A stretch of 64,000 bases of DNA from Enoplolaimus lenunculus. Its lineage: Eukaryota. Made by a program: the position numbers and the translations under genes. Positions within the stretch are counted from its first letter, which is position 1. Each line of letters begins with the position of its first letter. The stretch spans positions 62,001 to 126,000 of the forward strand of contig JASANG010001204.1 in assembly GCA_030248215.1 (NCBI GenBank), read 5' to 3'. Below, piece after piece: positions 41,301 through 50,270 of the stretch. Under the pieces are notes generated by a model. That model searched no databases and had not been told where the DNA came from. It saw only the letters and a program-made list of their open reading frames with translations.

Positions 41301-43659
41301 TTTATTGGATTACAATAACACTGGAAAACCTGAGAAAGATGACCACGGTTAGTTTAAGGGCATAATAGTATATATCTCAGCATATTCTTACTGCTAACAT
41401 TACAATAAAACCAGCGGGAAGAAAAATTGTTAGCTACGTCCGTATGTTCTGATCCTTGAATGCCCTCAAGTATCAGTTTTGAATTAATTATCCGGTTCCG
41501 GCCGGATATTATCCGATTCTTGCATTTTTTGACTTAATTCGCGTAGCAAAACGTCATTTAGAAACTTGAAAACCAGTTACTATACCTTACATTACTTTAC
41601 CGTGCAAAGAAACATAACAAACAAATGCGTATTTAAGACGTTTACTTACTGCCATCAGTCAATCCGTTCGAGCTTGTATTGTCGGGCAAGCGAAGAAGCC
41701 CGCTGAAACAATAACATTTACCTTTATAAAAACCAATGTGCAACTGGATATCATGCTGCGGCAGATGAGAAAACCAAGGTCAGATACTTAACTGCATATT
41801 TCGACAAAAAATATATATGAACGTATTTATAGTGATTTGCATAATGTCCAACAATTTCTTACAATTTTGCTTTTACAAGAGTATTTTGGCCAAAAACACT
41901 ACGAAATATTGCTGTTGTGATCATAAATAAAATATACCATAAATATGGTTACGTTTTACTTTTTTGCCATAGAAAACTGGGCCAAGAGAAGTTGAAAGTG
42001 TTCTCCCACTACATATAAAGTAGCCACCAGAAACAAAAAACAAAACAACATTGTTAGCGTACCCTCGTCTCAAGCTTCCTTCAATTGCACCAAAAGGCAT
42101 TCTATTAATATCACTATAACGTACTGCTGTGCTAGTTTCGCCAAGGTAAGCTGATCTGAAAATCAGTTTAAAAGTTTCACATATGGTTCTTGACGCAAGC
42201 ACATTTCGAAAATCACAATATTTTCAAATTAGAAATTACAAATTAATATTTTACCAAATATTACTTTTATTTAAAGAAAAACCTCAATACAATTGTTTGT
42301 AAGCTTAACAAGCAGCCCCTAAACGGGTCAGAGCGACGGGGTGAGTAAATTTTGTGTAAATTGGTTTAACAATAAGAATGAATAAGGAACAAGAGGCAGA
42401 TAGTACTATGTAATCTGAACCAGAAAGGCAATTCACGTCCCTCTCAATTTCGGGACCACCTTCCAAATACGGACCGACACCTTAACCAGTTCAACCAAAA
42501 ATTAACGCAGTTTGGAAATGCGCCTGACATATGGTTGGTTTCGCTCAGGCTCCTTATTATCAAAAAATTTCTCGCTCCCCAAATTTTTCTAAAATTATAC
42601 TTTAACGAACCCGAAATGAAGCATTCACACAATTGACAAAAACAGAAACCCGGGAAGAACTCGAACCACAGATCCCGCGCCGATAACCCTTGTATCTCTC
42701 TACGATTGGGTCCCACCATTAAACGTAGGGAAGCCCACACCCCTTTCTGCTTCTGCACTGCATGTAGCTGTGATTTTATACGCGGAAGATAATTGCGAAA
42801 ATCAGAAATCAAACAGTTTTGTTTTACTACTGAAGCAGCATTGCTTTGCAAGCCAAAATTCAGACCGGCCCATAATTTATTATCTGAGGCAACCACATAA
42901 CCCACTGAGCCACTGTGGCTGCTGAAATTATTAAATTGCTGCGTCGTTTTAAAATACTTATAATATCCCTCTAGTAGTAAAATGTATTGGTATGTGTGGA
43001 CTGAAGCCACTCATTTTCTCCATGGAAGTCGAAAATAGGATTTCAAAAATCCAGGGAGAAGCTGGATTAAAACTGGGGGTGCTATTCCTCAGGATCAAAA
43101 TTGTGAACTCCAATTTTGTACTAAGAATCGTAAAAAGAAATTTGTATTCCAGATAGTTATGTTTGAATCCGGAACAAATGCCACTCGACCAGATATTAAG
43201 GATCTCAAAAATGTCACTAATTCTGAACCAAGTACCCGACCAACATAGTACTTTTGAAACAGATGGCCTCCAGGCCGTCTCAAAATTAGGATCAGTCGAG
43301 ATATTACACCTTTTTCATATACGCAGCTGGAAAAAACAGGCGTGCATAGTTTTCAAACTTACGTTAAAACCACAGATCGTAAAGTGACTTGAACACAAAA
43401 CTACATTTATCGTCGACTACACGTCGACTCGTGGGCTATCGGCAAGCATAAAAAACCTGCTTAAAATGTTATGTTCCACTAAAATATATACTTAACTACC
43501 GGTTTCAGGTAAGTTAAAAATCTGCTATACTTCGACTTGCCTTGAAGGTACATAATCTGGATATGTTCCTAATCTTGACTCGTACAACGACGAAACCTCG
43601 TCAATTTCAAACAAGCTGCGCAACTTGCGCTTTCGACCAAACCCGTCATTCTGCTGCAT
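28014..43659 (-). CDS. Multi-exon C2H2 zinc-finger protein gene with SIM-like motifs and RS-rich C-terminus (gene span)
   Basis: Exons 43659-43541, 41702-41650, 41065-40683, 40296-40011, 39659-39273, 38567-38363, 37161-36943, about 36246-35926, 35601-35282, 34639-34397, 33913-33805, 33472-32706, 32150-31986, 31280-31198, 30848-30655 and 29389-28014. Splice phases agree except the 36943->36246 junction, which is unresolved. Repeated CxxC...HxxxH motifs. Confidence 0.8.
29500..30310 (-). repeat. Degenerate tandem array (about 5 x 160-180 bp), inverse of the 20730-21230 repeat
   Basis: Recurring GGGTGCGAGCAATCnGAATAAATTGTT and TAGCTAATAGCTAA..GCATATTAG blocks. Confidence 0.75.
30655..30848 (-). 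CDS. Zinc-finger gene exon
   Basis: VWENMRDHIQESH...FTCETCGGVSFSWRLHRLCYNKH; AG/GT bounded, phases consistent. Confidence 0.75.
31198..31280 (-). CDS. Zinc-finger gene exon
   Basis: ECLLHLRKEHGNDERYLCFDFDCPLEF; TTGCAG acceptor and GTAAGA donor. Confidence 0.75.
31986..32150 (-). CDS. Zinc-finger gene exon
   Basis: ILCSYC...IVHHELQNHTDTFPFPCKMQPEGCENTF; TTTCAG acceptor and GTATG donor. Confidence 0.8.
32706..33472 (-). CDS. Zinc-finger gene exon
   Basis: Lies within the 327-aa ORF; YLCSNCNGMYITAEEWKRHVANGC; CTTCAG acceptor and GTAGGT donor. Confidence 0.8.
33805..33913 (-). CDS. Zinc-finger gene exon
   Basis: SCKETDTGFARLVAHFWACH...FRCEQCK; phases match both neighbours. Confidence 0.75.
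34397..34639 (-). CDS. Zinc-finger gene exon
   Basis: VVCAHC...EHEISAH...YRCHFGC...FLSIDDILEHIRLKH. Confidence 0.8.
35282..35601 (-). CDS. Zinc-finger gene exon
   Basis: WKYTCPFC...VFDDFETLIRHIDVTH; phase 1 in, phase 0 out. Confidence 0.7.
35926..36246 (-). CDS. Zinc-finger gene exon (5' boundary uncertain)
   Basis: HECPVCTKSITGRRKLKEHYLSEH is a canonical C2H2 finger; GTAAGT donor. Confidence 0.75.
36943..37161 (-). CDS. Zinc-finger gene exon
   Basis: VYICQHAC...CTLPFTGIWNLWEHHRAFNH; TTTTAG acceptor and GTAAGT donor. Confidence 0.7.
37412..38013. mobile_element. TIR-type repeat rich in TTGCA/TGCAA motifs
   Basis: Inverted homolog at about 51850-52152; ends resemble AAGCCCTATT / GTGTGAATAGGGCTT. 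Confidence 0.5.
38363..38567 (-). CDS. Zinc-finger gene exon
   Basis: HSGSFIKADTTY...WYELASWNDRTNEYDF; TTTAG acceptor and GTGAGT donor. Confidence 0.7.
39273..39659 (-). CDS. Zinc-finger gene exon
   Basis: GDKSAEEILVNIAKLL...; phase 1 in and out. Confidence 0.7.
40011..40296 (-). CDS. Zinc-finger gene exon
   Basis: MRNSYVSK...AKDALNG; TTTTAAG acceptor and GTAAGT donor. Confidence 0.7.
40683..41065 (-). CDS. Zinc-finger gene exon
   Basis: LMKNNVVENN...AAKKAVQ; phases match both neighbours. Confidence 0.7.
41650..41702 (-). CDS. Zinc-finger gene small exon
   Basis: GTTTCAG acceptor and GTAAGT donor; 53 nt; GLLRLPDNTSSNGLTDG. Confidence 0.65.
43541..43659 (-). CDS. Zinc-finger gene probable first coding exon (GC donor)
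   Basis: TTTACAG|A-ATG start, MQQNDGFGRKRKLRSLFEIDEV...; ends AAG|GCAAGT in phase 2, matching the next exon. Confidence 0.6.
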
Positions 43660-43797
43660 TCTGTAAAGCCGTTTTGCTGCGTAAATTAAAGTGCAAACAC
43701 AAGATATTTAAACTGCAATCTGAAATAAACGGCCAATATAATTCACACATCAGTTTGCAGCTACAGTTTGGTGAAAGCAACTATTTTAGATCGACGG

Positions 43798-44051
43798 CGT
43801 AAGCATGTGAGACATGCTTGCCCGTTATGTGCACATGCAATATAGTGCAGGGCACTGTATATATGCTAGCTGGCAGCATACGGTGGACACATAGTCGACG
43901 AAAAATGCAGTTGGAGAGGCGGGCTAAGTGGCGCAATGGTAGAGTGCTCGCTTAAGGATCCATAGGCTGAGAGTTCGATTCCTGCTCTAGCCCGCTTTTC
44001 CAGCTGCTTGGTAGAAAGGTCTGATGTCCTTGGTTCCTACCTAGACTGACA
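43798..44051 (+). repeat. 5' LTR (254 bp)
   Basis: CGTAAGCATG...CTAGACTGACA; direct repeat of the split 3' LTR. Confidence 0.9.
43922..43993 (+). ncRNA. tRNA-like (Pro-resembling) Pol III unit within the 5' LTR; not a functional decoding tRNA
   Basis: 72 nt; A box TGGCGCAATGG 43929-43939; B box GTTCGATTCC 43973-43982; acceptor-like GGCTA/TAGCC; TTTT at 43996-43999; anticodon and T stems are broken. Confidence 0.75.
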
Positions 44052-44065
44052 TGGGGGCTACTCCG
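44052..44065 (+). promoter_or_regulatory. Primer-binding site, tRNA-Pro type
   Basis: TGGGGGCTACTCCG immediately follows the LTR's terminal CA; TGGGGGC is complementary to the GCCC-CCA 3' end of eukaryotic tRNA-Pro. Confidence 0.75.
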
Positions 44066-44145
44066 TGGACGCAATGGCAAATTGACGCGCTATGAGCATG
44101 GTATCCAGTCGAAAATAGGATGGACGGTCAAGGGACGACCTTGCT

Positions 44146-44158
44146 GAAAATAAGGGCA
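44146..44158 (+). promoter_or_regulatory. Polypurine tract
   Basis: GAAAATAAGGGCA directly precedes the 3' LTR's TGT. Confidence 0.6.
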
Positions 44159-44250
44159 TGTAAGCATGTGAGACATGCTTGCCCGTTATGTGCACATGCA
44201 ATATAGTGCAGTGCACTGTATGTATGCTAGCTGGCAGCATACGGTGGACA

Positions 44251-45854
44251 ATTTCTATATGTTGAAACACTATGCCACTGAGTTCGCTTCTCATCTCGCC
44301 CTTATTTTTCAGTTATCATTTGATTCTGGTACCTTGCCGGCTGACTGGTTGCTAGCCGACGTGGTCCCAGTATATAAAAAAAAGGTTCTTGTAGCCTAGT
44401 TTCCAATTATCGTCCCATTTCCTTGACCAGTGCATGCTGTAAGGTTATGGAAAGCATTGTTAAAGATAAAATGCTAGAGTTTTTGAACAATAACAATCTG
44501 TTTACAAAAAACCAGTATGGTTTTCTGCCTAAAAGATCCACCTGTAGTCAGTTGATCCAGACAACCCACAGTCTAGCACTTTTTCTAAACAATAGTAGCT
44601 ACATGGGGGCGGATGTTATATATAGACTATGCCAAAGCATTTGACACTGTGAATCATAGAAAGCTTTTGATAAAACTTTCCTCATGTGGGCTTAGAGGTT
44701 CAGTCTTGCGTTGAATAAACGCGTTTCTTCAAAATCGTACTCGGCGGGTTAAAAACGGCGACTGCTATTCTACACGCGGGCCGGTTACTTCTGGGTTCCC
44801 GCAAGGTTCTGTATTGGGTCCTATGTTATTTTTAGTTTATATCATTGATATTCTTGATCTTTTACATGATGTACATGTTGAGATGTACGCAGACGATTGA
44901 AACTATATGTAGGAATTACTAGGTCTGACCCGCTGAAATCTCGGAGCACACTACAAAATGCGTTGGATATCGTTCATGATTATGCTAAGACGTGGCAATT
45001 AAAAATTGCCGTGAATAAATGCAAAGTTGTGCATTTTGGCTGCGCTAACGAACCTTTGAATGTTCGCTACTGTATTGACAGCGAGGTCCTTGCCAGCGTA
45101 AATGAGGTAAATGATCTTGGAGTTATTTTCGAGCGTTCATTGAAATTTTCTAGGCACTGTGATTATATAGCTCATAAATGCTTCCCGTCTTTCTCACTAT
45201 CCCAGTATATATCTGCGTATAAATCATGTTATTCCAATATTGGATTATTGTTCAAATGTATGGAACCCTGTTTTGCTGTTTGATATTGACAAAATTGAGA
45301 AAGTACAGCGCTATTTTACTAGAAGACTCTTTCAAATTTAAATTAGGAGACAAAACATACCGTTCTAGGCTAGGGGAACTTGAGCTTGAAACGTTAGAAA
45401 ATCGCGGACTAAAGTCCGATTTAGCCATGTTGTATAAGCTTATTTTTAAGGAACTTGATCCGCATATTGATAGCTGTTTGCAGTTTTCTGGAACTTCTCG
45501 CACCAGGAAAAACGACCTTAGCTTGAATTTTCCGAAGTTCTTTAATTTAGCTGGTCGTGGTTCGTTCTTCTATCGTGTTGTATCCTCCTGGAATAGCCTA
45601 CCTAACAATATAAATGGGCTCCCGGTTCCCCGAGCAGGTTCTCTTGCCCAGTTTCTTCGACGACTTCCTCGCGACGCACTTAAAAAATTTTTGAAGTATG
45701 ACCGCCATGAACAGTTAACCTTATAGATCGATTTCGGTTGGATGTTAGAGAGGTTTGCCCCTCCTTTCCAACTTATTTTATTTGCCTATTCATATTCGTA
45801 TCTTAAATACGTATGTATGTTTAATCGGTGAATAAACTTTTGACTTTGACTTTG
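44251..45854 (+). mobile_element. 5'-truncated, degenerate CR1-clade LINE (RT pseudogene) inserted in the TRIM 3' LTR
   Basis: RT motifs across frameshifts: VVPVYKK, NYRPISLTSACCKVME, QYGF, DYAKAFDTV, GFPQGSVLGPMLF, MYADD, DLGVIF and C-terminal FFYRVVSSWNSLP. Ends AATAAA plus (CTTTGA)n; no TSD. Confidence 0.9.
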
Positions 45855-45886
45855 CATAGTCGACGAAAAATGCAGTTGGAGAGGCG

Positions 45887-45958
45887 GGCTACGTGGCGCA
45901 GTGGTAGAGTGCTCGCTTAAGGATCCATAGGCTGAGAGTTCGATTCCTGCTCTAGCCT
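45887..45958 (+). ncRNA. tRNA-like Pol III unit within the 3' LTR
   Basis: Copy of 43922-43993 with A box TGGCGCAGTGG and B box GTTCGATTCC; 3 substitutions. Confidence 0.75.
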
Positions 45959-47916
45959 GCTTTTCCAGCTGCTTGGTAGAAAGGTCTGATGTCCTTGGTT
46001 CCTACCTAGACTGACAGACGGGTGTCGAATTTTATGTTCCAGCATTTCAACGTAATAAAAAGGTGCTTGAGTGGTAAAACTGGTCATGTAATCTCCGTTA
46101 CAAATTTCGAAACCAAAAGTCGAACCAAAACTTGGGATAACTGAAAGTCACAAATCAGAAAGTAAGTTATATTATTTCTAACGCGAAATAATCTACTTTC
46201 AGTCCCGCGAAATACTTTGCTTTCAGTCCTAAACGAAGGTATCATTCTTAACACTAGCTACGTAGTTTCCAGCATTGGTACACCTGAAGTTGCGCGTGTT
46301 TGTACATAATATTTTCAAAGTTGCATACGTGTGCACGCATACCACTTAAAATTGCAATACATTAGCGTAGTATAATGTGCAGCGGGCTTGACTTGACAAC
46401 GAGCCGTCCAGGGTTTGAGAACAGTTACAATTCACGGTTCTGGTGAAAACCTAAAGAAGGGGCCAGATGCAAAGAAAACCTATACAAACTCGTTTAATAC
46501 GTTTTAGGGTACTGTGTTTATTTAGTCTAGACTAAAAATAAGCTGTTTTAGGCTTAGGAATATGCTTATACTATTGTTGTGGCCCGGTTCTATACATTGA
46601 CCATAAACTGTAATAAAAGCAGTGAAGTATAATCGGTAGCGCACTTGATTCGCGAGATAGAATTCCAATGTGCGATTTTGGGCGGGATATATTTTTGAGA
46701 GAATTTTTGCAGACCAACTGCCCGCACCAACGTCCGAGGGCCTAAACGGGCCGGCCCTTACTTGTGCCTAACCTTTGACCCGCGAGCCAAGATAAAAACG
46801 GAGCAGTGCGTGACCTCTTTTTGTCCCATGAGCCCATTAAATAGACTGCTGCTTTATATTCTAAATGTACTTTTGAATCTTAATTACTTTCAATTTTTAT
46901 ATACACTGCGGTTGGGACGTAGAAAGGACTTTGAAAGTAGTATTAATACGTTCTACAAAATTACGAAGGAGAGTTTCTTTCAATTCCTGAATCGCACGCA
47001 ATCCTTTACACCTATGCGATTGTAAAAATATCAATAGTCCACTGTATAAGCGGACTTGATGGATATCTAGAATCTTTCATGTGCCGTTGGAACGATTGCG
47101 GCTCTGAAGGAAGCTGCACTGAACAATATTTAGCGAAATATAAAAAATAGTGTTATGTACCCGAATAAGACTAGGGGGGGCTGGTATTTATATATTTAGC
47201 CTTTCCAGAGGGCACCAAACCCGCCCTTTATACTGGGTAAAATTGTCCATAATTTTTGAAAATTTATCTGTTTAGCGCGTTTCGTTTTACTTTTGTCACA
47301 ATTTTCAGGAAAGAACTTCCGAAATTTCGCAGAAAATTATTGTAAAACTAAACTACTTAAGAACATATTGCAGTTGTTGGCTAAAATTAACCAATTAACC
47401 GTCATGATTTTAAAAAGTAGAGCTACGTTCCAGAAAATTTTTTGAAGAGTTTTTCGAGTTTCTAAATCGCAAACATTTGCGTTCGTTGGTCTTCTAGAAT
47501 CCCGAACTGCAGACGTTTCTGCTGTTACTTCAAGAAATCCGTTAATTACTGACGTGAACACACAGTGTGATTTCTATTGTTATTGAAACTCGCTAGGCGC
47601 ATGCTCGGTGTATATACTAGCCAGTACGGGCGAATCTGAGCTACATTTTACTGAAGGTGGTAATGTGTCATCCGCGTAATAGTGCGCGAACTACTATAAA
47701 AATTGTCCAGGTCTGGGTAAGGACCAATGTCATTTTTAAGAACTCTAGCAAAGATGTTATCTTAGAATTAGTCTCTTTGCAGAGTCCAAGGACAACGCAA
47801 ACATTTTGCATACAGGGTCTCCGGCCATGAACAGTTGAGTGGAGTCCCAAAATCTCACCGTCCCAACTAAAAAATTGATACTTTTTGTTTGTGGTGGGAT
47901 TTGGGGATGGTATTCC

Positions 47917-48735
47917 TTAGGCTTAGGCTTAGGCTTAGATTTAGGATCGTCCAATATTTTGGCTCAAGATTTAGGTTTAGGAATATGCAACGCTCCGTCT
48001 TAGGCTTAGGTATTTAGCTGTTTATCCGTAACATCTGGTGTAAAGCTTAGATATACATTTTAGCGACGCCTTAGCCTTAGGCGTAGGCTTTGTCTTTACT
48101 CTATGGCTGAGGCTTAGGCCTACGCTTTAGGCATAGTTTTAGGACGCTGAGGCTCTAGGAATTGGTTTAAACGTAGATTAAATAATAAATGACCATTACG
48201 GGCTAAGTATAAGGGTCTTACGTATAGAACAGGGCCGGATCGTTTTCCGTAGGAGCTATAATAGTGTCTGTTTAAGCTTTAGATAATTTTTTTCTTAGGC
48301 TTAGGCTTAGGCTTAGGCTTAGGAATATGCTTATACTGCTGTTCTGGCCCTGTTCTATACATGGACCATCTTAGGCATAGGCTTACGCTTACGCTTAGGC
48401 TTTCGCTTAAGTTTACGCTTAGGCTTTAGGAGCAGGCTTTGTTTAAGCATAGATTTAGACCACAGATAGCATTGGCTTAGGCTTAAGCCGAGGCTTTATG
48501 AATTGTTTTTAAACAAACAAAGAATAGATCTTAAATAACTCTTGGACTAAATCTTAGGCTTAGGCTTAGGCTCATGCGGGGTTCACGTTAATTAAATATT
48601 AAAATAACCCTTGGGCTAAATCTTATGCTTAGGACCAGGCTTAGGCTTAGGCTTACAGTTAGCCTTGGGTTTTGACTTAAGTTTAGGCTTAGGCTAAGCC
48701 TTGGGCACAGGTCTAGGCTCCGGTTTAGGCTTATG
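47917..48735 (+). repeat. Degenerate interstitial telomere-like (TTAGGC)n array with a nested MITE near 48215-48368
   Basis: Many exact and variant TTAGGC units; TATAGAACAGGGCC...GGCCCTGTTCTATACATGG inside. Confidence 0.85.
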
Positions 48736-48759
48736 TTTAAGAGCATTTCACCTTCTACT

Positions 48760-49052
48760 ATATCCCGAAGTCCCTAAATCCAACCTTCGACTTTATCACC
48801 AAATTACATAATCCTAAAATCCCACTATCGTCCATATCTCGAAATCAACATCCGAAATCCCATAATCCCATCATCAACCATATCTCGAAATCTCAGAATC
48901 CAAAAATCCCACCATCGACCATATCCCAAAATCCCAAAATCCCACTATCGACCTTATCCCGAAATCCCAAAATCCCACCTTCGACCATATTCCAAAATCC
49001 CAAAATACCAAAATCCCACCTTCGATCATATCCCGATATCCCAAAATCCCAC
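48760..49052 (+). repeat. Degenerate minisatellite of about 30 bp (ATCCCAAAATCCCACCATCGACCAT)
   Basis: Repeated ATCCCAAA subunits and TCGACCAT cores. Confidence 0.8.
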
Positions 49053-50270
49053 ATTGTCCCTACCAGAATAGCACTATATAATCGTTATTTTTGCGGAATA
49101 TTTTTGTATAACTGAAAAACCATTCAATTGTACATATGTTTATGGAAGCCGAGGTAGCTTGGAAACCTAGATTTTTGGCTGTAAATCCGGCCATAAAGCA
49201 ACTCCGAACCAACATCTTTAAAGCTTATAAGACAGCAAGTAAAACAAACTCCTCGTAAAAGCAATTGGATATATAAAACTACTAAGCTTGAGCCTAGTCT
49301 AAGCCAAGATTGTTGAGCATGTAAAGCTAAGCCTAAATCTAAACCTACGTCTAAGCCAAAGCCCAAACTTATACGTGCATCTGAACCCGAAATTAAATTT
49401 ATACATTCCTTATCCTATTCTCAGATTAAACATATATAGATTGTTTGGCCCAAGCCTGAACCTAGATTAAAACTTACTTTTAGCTTAAGCCTAATATATT
49501 TACAGATACACACCAGTGGTATTTAACCGTTTATACACTCACACGCTGGCATGTAAATGTTTTACTTTGCTAGTAATTATTGTCAAATTATATTTCTTTA
49601 AAGTTTCAGCAAAAGATCTAAGTAATTTTTCATAAAATTTCCAATTTATGGCGTAAATCAACCCAAGTTTTGCCACGTTTTAAAAATACTCGAAAGAACA
49701 TCAAGAATGCAGCAACCTGGCTAAAGACCAGTCGAATGTAAAAATTCACAGTTGAATTTTATTTATCCAGAATACTTTGATCTTATAAATGTACATTAAT
49801 AAAAAAATTAGTAAACAAAATAAAGACGCAAATATTACATACAGGTTAAATTGCTTCAATTTCAGTATGGTTGACAAAATCGTTAATAGAATAACCAAGT
49901 TCGTGCTACGATCAGGATACAACCCAAATTCTGGTTCCGGTCAGTCAAACAGTGTCTATCGTTATGCGGTTGTACCAGTCTCAAATGTGGTATTTTTATA
50001 CCCATATACCGGTATTTCCGACATCGGTAAATTTTGCTTTCAGAAATTAAAGTTGAACTTTGATGATGAAATTTTTCAAACAGGACCTAGACGAAGGGAA
50101 CGATAAACGATTTCGCCAATTGTTCAAACAACGTATATTTAGTGTACCTAATAAAATCAGCAAAACCCTTTACATTAAGCCAATTTAATGATAAACGGTG
50201 GACAAAAGAGTGTATTTTGCTGATAGTTTGCGTCAAATGGTGACAAAACTAATTACTTATTCAATCACAG

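Larger units (their letters stand above)
43798..46016 (+). mobile_element. TRIM (miniature non-autonomous LTR retrotransposon) with tRNA-like Pol III units in both LTRs
   Basis: 5' LTR 43798-44051; internal 44052-44158; 3' LTR 44159-44250 plus 45855-46016. Each LTR is 254 bp and they differ at 6 positions. Ends (T/C)GT...ACA; TSD GACGG at 43793-43797 and 46017-46021; PBS and PPT present. Confidence 0.9.

Noticed and set aside
43922..43993. Functional tRNA gene (nominal AAG anticodon)
   Set aside because: Anticodon stem CTCGC/TCCAT cannot pair and the T stem is broken; it is embedded in an LTR.
44018..44142. Hammerhead or HDV-like ribozyme (CTGATG..GGAC; pseudoknot-like pairings)
   Set aside because: The CUGAUGA/GAAA core is incomplete, and the HDV P1.1 and catalytic J4/2 cytosine motif could not be placed.
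44175..44250. 5' part of the 44175-44399 ORF as LINE coding sequence
   Set aside because: It is LTR sequence read through by chance; RT similarity starts at 44251.
43798..46016. Tandem tRNA-SINE or retrozyme-type 361-bp repeat
   Set aside because: TG..CA ends, 5-bp TSD, PBS and PPT fit an LTR-core-LTR structure better; there is no SINE tail.
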